A stretch of 20,965 bases of DNA. Origin: Candidatus Woesearchaeota archaeon (GTDB taxonomy: Archaea; Nanobdellota; Nanobdellia; Woesearchaeales; JACPBV01). A program made the position numbers and the translations under genes. This document shows, piece after piece, positions 7,658 to 15,800 of the stretch; position 1 is the stretch's first letter; each line of letters starts with the position of its first letter. Where the stretch lies: assembly GCA_019323195.1 (NCBI GenBank), contig JAHWHQ010000005.1, positions 1 to 20,965 on the forward strand, given 5' to 3'. The notes under the pieces were generated by a model that did not search any database, was not told the origin of the DNA, and was given only the letters and a program-made list of their open reading frames with translations.

Positions 7658-9151
7658 TCACTCCTCAAACACAAAAGCCTGGTAGGTATAGACCTCTGTA
7701 GAGGTATCCTCCCAGCAGTCTGGCAACATCCCTCCCTTCCTGCACAAACTCAACAAAAACTCATCTTTCGCACCAAAATTAGCCCAAACCTGCGGAAGAT
7801 AGGTTGACTGCTTATAGCCCTGCTTAAGGACAACGCCGTCAACCATGGGCCTTAGCTTATCCAGCAGATCCTCACCTGAAGAGAACTCCAGCCTCTGAGG
7901 CACTGTCAGGACAGATATCTCAATGTTGATATCCTCCATCTCATCATAAACAACAGGCTCAAATCTCCTGTCATTTACAGCTGCGCTTACTGCATTGTCC
8001 ATGACGCACTTATAGAGCTCCTCCTGCGGCAGGATATGGCCTATGCAGCCTCTCAGGTTATGGTCCTTATTGAATGTCGTAAAACATCCTTTTACCTCCT
8101 TCAAAGCAGGTGTCAATTTTTCCTCATCTACCTCAGGCATTTTCCCTGTCTTAAGGTACTGCTCAGCTGTCTCCCTTGCAAGCCCTAAAAGAAATCCCTG
8201 ATCCTCTGCTGTTAATGGCTCATCATTATCCGAAGACCTGGCTGTTGATCCCTTATCCCCTTCACTGATAAATGCTATCGCAGAATATCCTACAACACTA
8301 TCCATATTCCCGCTAACATCACCAGAATTCGCATAATAAAGTATGTACGGCTTCCATCCATTTCTCTGCGCTATCTTAAGCAGGGTTGATACTGCAGAAG
8401 GCGCATCTATCTCAGCCTTAAATATCCCTTCAGAATCAAGGTTTAGAATCCTGTCAAGTGCATAATAATCAAGCTGTTTTGCCTCATCATAGCTATGGTA
8501 ATGCGACATGTCAACGCTTACGACAAGCAATGTACTATCATCGATATGCTTCCCAAGGATGTCTGCAAAAGCATCTGGCTCAACACTGCCGACAAGTACA
8601 GGAACAAGCTCAAAGTCACCTAAAGTCTGCTGAAGAAAAGGAAGCTCTATCTCAAGCGAATGCTCTTCTGCATGAGCCTCTGGCACATTATTTATCATCT
8701 CCTCTTTCAGAAGCCTTTTTGCTGTTTTAGACAGCTTAACCTCTCCAAGAGGTGTCTTGTAATGAGTAACATCCAGGATAGAGGCCCCTGATAAGGGATA
8801 ATGGTGTGAAGGGCCTAACAGAATAACCTTATCATGATCAGAATTAAGCTGCCTGAACGCAACAGCTGCCACCTGTCCTGAAAAGCTGTATCCTGCATGG
8901 GGGACAATAACAGCCCTGACAGTGCCATTAAAGTCAGCTTTCCTTACATTACCTAAGTAGGTGTCTACTGCTGCCTGTAGCGTTTCCATATCGCCAGGAT
9001 ACCATGATCCTGCCACTGCTGTATCCCTTACTTTCTTTTTCTGCAACGTAAAGTTATTTGTTGACTTGTATGTAAGGATTATAAGAAACAGTATTAAAAA
9101 AGCTGCAAATAGGTAAAGATGCTTTTTCTTTATTTTTATCCTGCTTTTCAT
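7658..9151 (-). CDS. fused AmmeMemoRadiSam system protein B (Memo-like, aa ~43-295) + protein A (AMMECR1, aa ~312-497) with N-terminal signal anchor, 497 aa
   Basis: Memo signature: AGSWYP, VPHAGYSFSG, SVDMSHYH, GYSAIAF. AMMECR1 signature: GCFTTFNKDHNLRGCIG, YLPQVW. The N-terminus is MKSRIKIKKKH followed by the 17-residue hydrophobic LYLFAAFLILFLIILTY. Confidence 0.9.
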   Translation of the reverse strand: MKSRIKIKKKHLYLFAAFLILFLIILTYKSTNNFTLQKKKVRDTAVAGSWYPGDMETLQAAVDTYLGNVRKADFNGTVRAVIVPHAGYSFSGQVAAVAFRQLNSDHDKVILLGPSHHYPLSGASILDVTHYKTPLGEVKLSKTAKRLLKEEMINNVPEAHAEEHSLEIELPFLQQTLGDFELVPVLVGSVEPDAFADILGKHIDDSTLLVVSVDMSHYHSYDEAKQLDYYALDRILNLDSEGIFKAEIDAPSAVSTLLKIAQRNGWKPYILYYANSGDVSGNMDSVVGYSAIAFISEGDKGSTARSSDNDEPLTAEDQGFLLGLARETAEQYLKTGKMPEVDEEKLTPALKEVKGCFTTFNKDHNLRGCIGHILPQEELYKCVMDNAVSAAVNDRRFEPVVYDEMEDINIEISVLTVPQRLEFSSGEDLLDKLRPMVDGVVLKQGYKQSTYLPQVWANFGAKDEFLLSLCRKGGMLPDCWEDTSTEVYTYQAFVFEE

Positions 9152-9255
9152 AGTGTCAGTAACATGCCAATAATGAAAATCAAAGGTATTAAATTTTTAT
9201 ATAGTTTAATATATAGTATAAAGAATATAAATTTTTAAATAGCAATATAATTTAT

Positions 9256-9282
9256 TGTATTAAATATAATACATTTAATACA
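9256..9282. promoter_or_regulatory. perfect 10-bp inverted repeat (tgtattaaat N7 atttaataca) abutting the SD of the RHH antitoxin gene
   Basis: Verified by hand. It ends at the aggtgat SD preceding the ATG at 9292, a plausible autoregulatory operator for the RHH protein. Confidence 0.4.
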
Positions 9283-9291
9283 GGTGATAAC

Positions 9292-9591
9292 ATGGCAGCA
9301 ACTGTTACAACAAGGCTACCTAATGAACTAAATAGGGAGTTAAATAAGATATCAAAAATAGAGAATCTGGACAAATCAGCAGTAATGAGAAGATTGCTTG
9401 CTGATTCCATAAAGAGGTGGAATGAATACTATGCATTAGCCATGTATCAAAAAGGTATTTTCTCTACAGAGCAGGCAGCTGATTTTATAGGTGTTTCACT
9501 ATGGAGGTTTTCCGACATGTTAAATAAAAACAAGACACCAATAAGCTATGATGTAGAGGAGTTTGAAAAAGACCTGAAAAACATAAAATGA
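9292..9591 (+). CDS. antitoxin-like protein: N-terminal ribbon-helix-helix plus UPF0175-like C-terminal domain, 99 aa
   Basis: TTRLPNELNRELNKISKIENLDKSAVMRRLL is CopG/RHH-like. QKGIFSTEQAADFIGVSLWRFSDMLNKNKTPISYDVEEFEKDL resembles UPF0175. An ATGA overlap links it to the next gene. Confidence 0.7.
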   Translation: MAATVTTRLPNELNRELNKISKIENLDKSAVMRRLLADSIKRWNEYYALAMYQKGIFSTEQAADFIGVSLWRFSDMLNKNKTPISYDVEEFEKDLKNIK

Positions 9592-10076
9592 CTGTAAGCA
9601 ATTCTACTGTATTGATAAACCTGATTAAGATAGGCAAGGTAGATCTAATAAAAAATATTTATAAGAATATAACAATAACAGGCGTTATCAGAAAAGAGGT
9701 AACTAGAGAAGATGAATTATATAAAAATGAGATAAGGGTTTTTAATGAGTTAGCAGGGAGTTTTATCATAATAAAAAATCCGGCAAACTTGAAAGATTTT
9801 GGGCTTCATAAGGGAGAAAATTCATGTTTATCCCTATGCAAAGAGATAGATGATATAACCTTTCTATCAGATGATAAAAATGCAAGAAAAGCAGCAGACT
9901 TCCTGGGAATAAGAGTTATAGGAACTTTGGGAATATTAGTCTCAAATCTGAAGAAGAAAAAGCTCAATAAAAAAGAATTCTTTACCATATTAAGAAAACT
10001 GATTGACAAAGGTTTTTATATTTCCACTGAATTGTTTGCAGCTGTTGAGGAGTATGTGAATAAGATTATTCTTTAG
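9588..10076 (+). CDS. DUF3368 / PIN-like predicted nucleic-acid-binding toxin partner, 162 aa
   Basis: STVLINLIKIGKVDLIKNIY, HKGENSCLSLC, LSDDKNARKAA and GIRVIGTLGILV match the DUF3368 (COG2405) pattern, which is usually paired with UPF0175. Confidence 0.7.
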   Translation: MTVSNSTVLINLIKIGKVDLIKNIYKNITITGVIRKEVTREDELYKNEIRVFNELAGSFIIIKNPANLKDFGLHKGENSCLSLCKEIDDITFLSDDKNARKAADFLGIRVIGTLGILVSNLKKKKLNKKEFFTILRKLIDKGFYISTELFAAVEEYVNKIIL

Positions 10077-10088
10077 TTGTCTAACCAC

Positions 10089-11303
10089 TTACCACACGCC
10101 CGCAATACCTTCCCCGCAGAACTTACAGCTTCCACCCATTAAATTATTTTCTGTTATCACATAGCCGTTTCTTCCTACAACTGTCTTCCCGCACTTTGGG
10201 CAGTATGTGCTTACTGCCTTTGTCCCTGGAAGGTTTCCTATATAGACGAACTTAATCCCTTCCTCCATAGCAGTCTCCCTTGCCTGGTTCAGCACATCTG
10301 CCGGAGTCGGAGGAAGATGCGTAAGCTTATACTGCGGATGGAACCTTGAAAAATGAAGAGGGTAATCATCAAATCCGTTCTTATGCAGCCACACTGCCAT
10401 ATCCCTTATCATGTCAGGGTCATCTGTCCACGTAGGGACTATAAGGTTGGTGATCTCAAACCATATGCCCTCTTCCTTTGCTGTCTTAAGCGCATTTAAG
10501 ATGGGCTTAAGGGAGCCTGAATTAAGCTCATGGTATATCTCATCGCTAAATCCCTTAAGGTCTATATTGGCTGCGTCTATAACCCTGCACAACTCCCTTA
10601 AAGGCTTTTCATTTATATAGCCGTTAGTCACCCACACGTTTTTCAGTCCCTCCTTCTTTGCCAGCTTTGATGTATCATACATGTACTCATAAAAAGATGT
10701 AGGCTCTGAATAGGTATAGGCTACCGAAGGGCATTTATTCTCCAGGGCAGCCTTGACAACTGCCTCAGGCATCAGGTCATAGTTTTTTGTCTCTTCAGGC
10801 TGGAACTGCGATATGCTCCAGTTCTGGCAGTTCAGGCATCGTAATGTGCATCCTGCTGTCGCAATAGAAAAGATGGCAGTAGAGGGAAGGAAATGGAACA
10901 GCGGCTTTTTCTCTATAGGGTCGATATGCACAGCGCAGGGATTGCCGTAAGCCAGCGTGTATAATCTTCCCTGAATATTCACCTTATTCCTGCATATGCT
11001 TCTATCTCCTGGCTCAAGGCTGCATCTGTTAGGGCATACATTGCACTGCACATTATCCCCGGCTTTAGTGTAATGGTAAGCCTCCCTGCTCCATCTCCAC
11101 AATTCATCAGGGGCAGCTCCCTTAAATGTCCTGCTGAGGGAAGAGGGTTTTCTTCCAAATAGATAGCCATAACCATAAGCAGCTGTAGCAAGCCCTCCCA
11201 GGCCTATAAGGCTGTATTTGAGAAATTCCCGTCTTGAGATTTTTCTGTCAAAGAACCTTTCTGCAGGATTCTTCATCTTTTTTTCAGTTTTCTTCTCACC
11301 CAT
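10089..11303 (-). CDS. AmmeMemoRadiSam system radical SAM enzyme with N-terminal twin-arginine (Tat) signal, 404 aa
   Basis: The radical SAM cluster motif is CTLRCLNCQNW (Cx3Cx2C). An N-terminal Cys cluster (CNVCPNRC...C) and a C-terminal zinc ribbon (CPKCG...CKFCG) are typical of the PflA-like AmmeMemoRadiSam family. Residues 23-29 are S-R-R-E-F-L-K (nt 11217-11237), followed by the hydrophobic YSLIGLGGLATAAYG. Confidence 0.9.
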   Translation of the reverse strand: MGEKKTEKKMKNPAERFFDRKISRREFLKYSLIGLGGLATAAYGYGYLFGRKPSSLSRTFKGAAPDELWRWSREAYHYTKAGDNVQCNVCPNRCSLEPGDRSICRNKVNIQGRLYTLAYGNPCAVHIDPIEKKPLFHFLPSTAIFSIATAGCTLRCLNCQNWSISQFQPEETKNYDLMPEAVVKAALENKCPSVAYTYSEPTSFYEYMYDTSKLAKKEGLKNVWVTNGYINEKPLRELCRVIDAANIDLKGFSDEIYHELNSGSLKPILNALKTAKEEGIWFEITNLIVPTWTDDPDMIRDMAVWLHKNGFDDYPLHFSRFHPQYKLTHLPPTPADVLNQARETAMEEGIKFVYIGNLPGTKAVSTYCPKCGKTVVGRNGYVITENNLMGGSCKFCGEGIAGVW

Positions 11304-11330
11304 TTTTTCAGATATTATAAAACCCGGTTC

Positions 11331-11960
11331 TTATTTACTGCCTGTCTTTTTAACAACCTTCAGCGCCAGATCACCTGCACACCCGACAGGGCATATATAA
11401 TTGCACCAAAACCGCGGAATAAAAAAAGACAGCAGGAATATTATTGAAGCTGCAGCAAAGGTAACAACAACAAACTGGTACCTGCCTATGAAAAAAGGAT
11501 TCTTAAACCTTTCATTAAAAAGGACCAATAAGACAAGGATAACTGTAAAAGATAAGAATAGATAGCTTACATAAATAAGCCAGCCTGGCAGCTTGAGCCT
11601 TTTTCTGCATACCTTTGCCTGGTAATCCTGCAAGGTCCCAGGAGGGCAGAGCCTATAGCACCAGGATCTTCTGTCAAGGTTCAACAGCAAAACAGACGGG
11701 ATAAGAAACGGCCTTAGCTCGCCAAAAGCGCATCTTCTGGGGCATGCCCTGCAGAATATGAAAGGCACCTTAAAATGGCATTTTATAAAAGGTATTGCCG
11801 CCACTGGGAAGAATATGGCAAGATAGATATTTTTTAACAGCTTATTATCCATCCAGTTCTTCCTGTACAGCTTAAGCAGGACAATTACAAAAGCAAAGAT
11901 TACAGATATATATACCAGGATAAAATAATCTTGGGTAAGGAACAGGTCAAACAACCTCAT
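11331..11960 (-). CDS. polytopic membrane 4Fe-4S-binding protein, NapH/MauN-like (Fer4_5-type CxxxCP motifs), 209 aa
   Basis: It has about 5 hydrophobic segments and 10 Cys, including FCRACPRRC, WCYRLCPPG and RFWCNYICPVGC. Its start codon overlaps the stop of the upstream zinc-ribbon ORF (ATGA). Confidence 0.8.
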   Translation of the reverse strand: MRLFDLFLTQDYFILVYISVIFAFVIVLLKLYRKNWMDNKLLKNIYLAIFFPVAAIPFIKCHFKVPFIFCRACPRRCAFGELRPFLIPSVLLLNLDRRSWCYRLCPPGTLQDYQAKVCRKRLKLPGWLIYVSYLFLSFTVILVLLVLFNERFKNPFFIGRYQFVVVTFAAASIIFLLSFFIPRFWCNYICPVGCAGDLALKVVKKTGSK

Positions 11961-12130
11961 TTTTTCCCTTTAGATATCTTCTTCAGCTTCTCTCTGATCT
12001 TTCCAAAGTCGATAGGGCTTATATCCGGCTTTTCTGCCTTGTCTACATCCTTGCTCAGGTCCTGCTTGCAGAAATCACAGTACCTCTCATGCTCTCTCAG
12101 CTCCCTTCCGCAGTAATGGCATTTTGTCAT
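11957..12130 (-). CDS. small zinc-ribbon protein, 57 aa (not in the ORF track)
   Basis: Hand translation gives MTKCHYCGRELREHERYCDFCKQDLSKDVDKAEKPDISPIDFGKIREKLKKISKGKK, with a CxxC-x10-CxxC motif. The ATG at 12130-12128 overlaps the TGA of the SdpI-like gene. Its TGA at 11959-11957 overlaps the ATG of the Fe-S membrane gene. Confidence 0.65.
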   Translation of the reverse strand: MTKCHYCGRELREHERYCDFCKQDLSKDVDKAEKPDISPIDFGKIREKLKKISKGKK

Positions 12131-12774
12131 TTTTTATCACCCTCTTTCTGGTATTGGACGTATGAATAGACAAATAAGATAACAATAACAGAGAGCAAAG
12201 GAGCTATAATAAACCAGACAAACTGTTCTGGGAAGAAGATGGAAGACAGCATCACCAAAGCAGAAAGCTTAAAGAGTTTTGACCCCAACCGATGTGTCTT
12301 GTTCCACACATCCTCACTGGCCAGTGTCCAGGGCGTCCTTATGCCTATAAAATAATTCCTTTTCGCGAATTTCAGCATATAGCCTATATAGAACAAGAAT
12401 ACAGATAACGAAGGGATCATGATATAAACCATATTTATGATAATCCGGAAATTTGGCAGAAGCATTGCGATGTATATTGCACTGAAAAAAAGGATAAAAA
12501 CAACCTTAAAGCCATAGAAATAGCCCTTAAATTTTTCAAAGTTCTCCTTGTAGACCATGATCTTAGGAAGGAATAAGAACAAAAGGTAAATTCCTGCAAG
12601 AAAAAGTGGTATCAAGAACAATCCGGCAAACCTGCCTCCATAACCGTCTATCTCTCCAGCAGAATTCCAGTGGACCGGCATCCTTTCCGGCATTTTTGGG
12701 TACAGGTACACCGATGCAGCAAAGATCAGGATTATGAATATGATCAGGGGGAGTTCTTTCTTGTCAATTTCCAT
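12127..12774 (-). CDS. DUF1648 + SdpI-family integral membrane protein, 215 aa
   Basis: MPVHWNSAGEIDGYGGRFAG is the DUF1648 signature. NYFIGIRTPWTLASEDVWNKTHRLGSKLF is the SdpI/YfhL signature. There are about 6 hydrophobic segments. Confidence 0.8.
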   Translation of the reverse strand: MEIDKKELPLIIFIILIFAASVYLYPKMPERMPVHWNSAGEIDGYGGRFAGLFLIPLFLAGIYLLFLFLPKIMVYKENFEKFKGYFYGFKVVFILFFSAIYIAMLLPNFRIIINMVYIMIPSLSVFLFYIGYMLKFAKRNYFIGIRTPWTLASEDVWNKTHRLGSKLFKLSALVMLSSIFFPEQFVWFIIAPLLSVIVILFVYSYVQYQKEGDKK

Positions 12775-12795
12775 AAATCAATACAGAGATAAAGT

Positions 12796-12803
12796 TATAT
12801 AAA
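12796..12803 (-). promoter_or_regulatory. TATA-box-like element (tttatata on the minus strand) about 26 nt upstream of the ATG at 12774
   Basis: Leaderless-type geometry with no SD. It lies between the giant gene's T-tract and the SdpI-like start. Confidence 0.45.
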
Positions 12804-12816
12804 AACATATCGGAAG

Positions 12817-12840
12817 ATAAAAAAGAAAAAATAAAAAAGG
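12817..12840 (-). terminator. oligo-T tract (T6-A-T6-C-T6 on the minus strand) starting 4 nt after the giant gene's stop codon
   Basis: Archaeal intrinsic termination typically uses T-runs. The sequence was read directly. Confidence 0.45.
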
Positions 12841-12842
12841 AA

Positions 12843-15800
12843 TTATCTGCCCTTTTTCTTCATAACCAGATAGATAACCAACAGGCAGATTAAGACCACT
12901 GCCAGGACAGCAAATAAGGCAGTAAATACCAGGTTATATTGCTCTACCTGTGAAGGTGCAAGCGCTTCAGGTATCTCTCCTCTTTCAGCCTCTAAGCCAA
13001 TCTGCTCATATTCAGGAGCTCCCTGCTTTACCCAGACGCTGCCGTCCCATTTCCAGTTAACCCCGTCATTGTTCCTTATCTCTCCTACAGACCTTCCCGC
13101 CTCTGCAGGAGGCTGTGGGGAATAAGCGCAGCTCTGCCTTGTAGTTGGCTTGTATTTAACAGTTCCGCAGTTCTTGTAATCCCTGCATATCCTGGTCATC
13201 TGTCCATCCTTGCTGCATTCGCTCCATGATGTGCATACCCAGTTTTCCTTGCACTCTGTAGATACCGGCACCCCTTCAGTTGTATCAGAATAGCCGACAC
13301 AGTCAGGGTCAGCAGGATAATCTATCAGGCCGTCGCCGTCATTGTCGATGCCGTCCTTGCACTGGGCAACAGTATTGCCGCCGCCTCCGCCGCCTCCGCC
13401 GCCGCTTGTAGTCCCGCTGCTTGGAGCCGGCGCTCCGTCGCCCCAGCTGCTGAACTCGCAGTTAGGGACTGTCCATTCACTTACGTCAGTACTGTTATGG
13501 TAGCCTATCTTGCTTGACTCATTAGTCCTGTTCTTGCATGTCAAGGAATCACTTTCATCCCCGCAGTGCCATAGTTCAGTGTTATTGCCAGGGATGTAGA
13601 CCCTGCACTCCTCAGGCCTCAACTTATCCCTTATGTCGTCAAACTTATCCTTCTCTGCTTTGACAAAATCAGCTGTTCCTCCGCCAGCCTTGTTTACAGT
13701 TGACTTCTCGAAATCGCCTTCATCAACTGTCCTGGAGTTCCCTGCCAGCGTCCTTGGAGTTACATTGACCAGCTTTATCCCTGCATTCGTCGTATTATCG
13801 ACAAACTCTATGTCCAGGGTCTCATTATACCACACCAGCAGTCCGGCAGCCTTGCCGCAGTCCAGGCAGCCCTGTGTATAATTCTGGCCTTCATGGTTCA
13901 TGTTTACATTCCATCCTTCAGGGATATCGTCAAACCTCACTACCATCCTGCAGTCAGGGCAGTCCTTCCTGCTGGATGTCTTGGCAGTTGTAAAATTCAG
14001 CGTCCTGCTCTTTGCTGTATTGTTGGACTTATCCGTCATCTGTACCTTGTAAAAATAGGTCGTTCCGTTGGCAAACTTATAGTTAACCCCGCCTGTAATG
14101 TTCCTTACATCAATAGAATGCCTCTTGTCAACAGTATTGTCAGTCACGTTAATAGCAGTTGTCAGATTGCATCTGCTGTTGTTTCCGCAGAATATCACTG
14201 TTATATTGGTTGACTCATCAGTATCTATGGCGATATGCCCTCCGTCAGGGTATTCATCGATCTCTTTGTGCACCAGCTTAGGTGCTGTAGTATCCTCAAC
14301 CCCTTCCCATGTACTTAAGCAGAACCAAAAATCCTTGCAGTCACTATCCTCGCAGTTGGTCAGGCCGTCACCATCCTCATCCCCTGATCCTTGGAAGCAG
14401 TCTTCTATCATGAAGAACCCGTATTTCTGGAAGCCTCCGCAGTCAGGGTCGTCCTTTGCCTTTGACCCGTCTCCATCCATATCGCACTCAGGGCACATGC
14501 AGTCCTCAAACCTAAAGTCAAACTGGTTAGGGGAATAGTAGCTAGGGCCTGCATAATCCAGAGGGCTGTTATAGTCTCTTGAGCCGTTCGCTGCAGCCAC
14601 CATGACCCTCATATCCTCAGTAGGGTCGTATAATGCGGTGAAAGTATTGAGGTCGCTCTTCTGTATGCTTATCATACCCCCTCCTACCATGTCACATACA
14701 GCCTTTTTCCAGCTTGACAGCATGATCTCTGCAGCTGTCCAGTTGCCGTTCTGGCACCTGTATGCCACCCTGGTTTCCTTCAGCTCGCCGCTGGACATGA
14801 CGCCCACATAGTTCAGCCTGAACTCAAAACCAGGATAAGAGCTGTCATTTATCGCATTGCAGCCGCCGGTTGCATCCCCGTCTGTATCAAGGTACCAGTA
14901 AAACCTTGTTGTCTTGGTTCCTGTTGTAGGCACTAGTAATGGATTATCCCATGATGTTCTTGTACTTTCCCCGTTGCATATGGCAGCATCCTTAATAGAG
15001 TGTACTGAGATGCCAAGCCCCCAGTTGTCAGGTTCGTCCTTTGTCCCGAACGACCTTATGTCAGAGTAGTGGGCAATACTGGAATTCCGGCCATCAAAGC
15101 CCAAAGATGTCGGCGGCTGGGACATCATATCCCCCTGAAACATCATACCCATCATCTTGCCTTCACACCAGCCGCTTCTCATCATGCATCCGGGCTCATT
15201 AGTGCAGGCAGTTGAATCACCGCTCAATGACGAGTTAAAGCATTTGGGTTTGCAGTAGCCCGCATTATCCCATGAGCAGAAGCTGTTTCCGGCTGTGCAT
15301 AGTGCTGCGCTGCTCTGCCTTGATGAGTTCATATTGCACTCCCATGCCTTGTAGTCACACCAGCTGTTTCCTGTCGGGTCTGTCCACCAGGAGCAGTTGC
15401 CTTCTGCCTGGCAGGAAGTCTGGTTCTTATCCTTGCAGTAATTGGAAGTATCCACGTCACAGAACTGCCCCTGCTCTTCCATCCACATGCAGCTGCTTTG
15501 GTTATTGCATTGTGTCTGGTCATTTTCAAATTTCCAGCAGTCATCCATCATGACTACGCCCATTCCACCTCCACCTACTCCTCCAGGCATGCATATGCCC
15601 GCACTCCATTGGCAGGAGTCCTTACCCAAGCATTGGCTTTGGGTCAGGGATGAATTGAAGCAGTGCGGCCTGCAGGCATAGCTCTGCATCCACTCATCAT
15701 AGTTCCATACGCAATAATCCAGCTGAGCGCATGCTGTCTCATTCCTGCTAAAACAGGTGTCTACCTTTAAGGAGCAGAAGCTTTCTATGCGCCATTCGCA

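Noticed and set aside
8458-8730. Plus-strand 90-aa ORF within the Memo-AMMECR1 gene.
   Set aside because: It is an antisense shadow; the host ORF carries two complete domain signatures.
9806-11400. ORFs 9806-10009 (-), 10411-10620 (+), 10979-11191 (-, out of frame) and 11218-11400 (+).
   Set aside because: Each overlaps a motif-supported gene (the DUF3368 gene, the radical SAM gene or the Fe-S membrane gene) and has no features of its own.
11931-12116. Plus-strand 61-aa track ORF between the Fe-S membrane gene and the SdpI-like gene.
   Set aside because: It is antisense to the 57-aa zinc-ribbon ORF (11957-12130). That ORF has two CxxC pairs, lies on the operon strand and is ATGA-coupled at both ends. 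The plus-strand product is featureless.
12864-12935. Possible archaeosortase (PGF-CTERM or similar) sorting signal at the C-terminus of the giant protein.
   Set aside because: A TM segment plus a KKKGR tail is present. However, no PGF/PEF/VPXXXP-type tripeptide precedes it, so I call it a plain C-terminal anchor.
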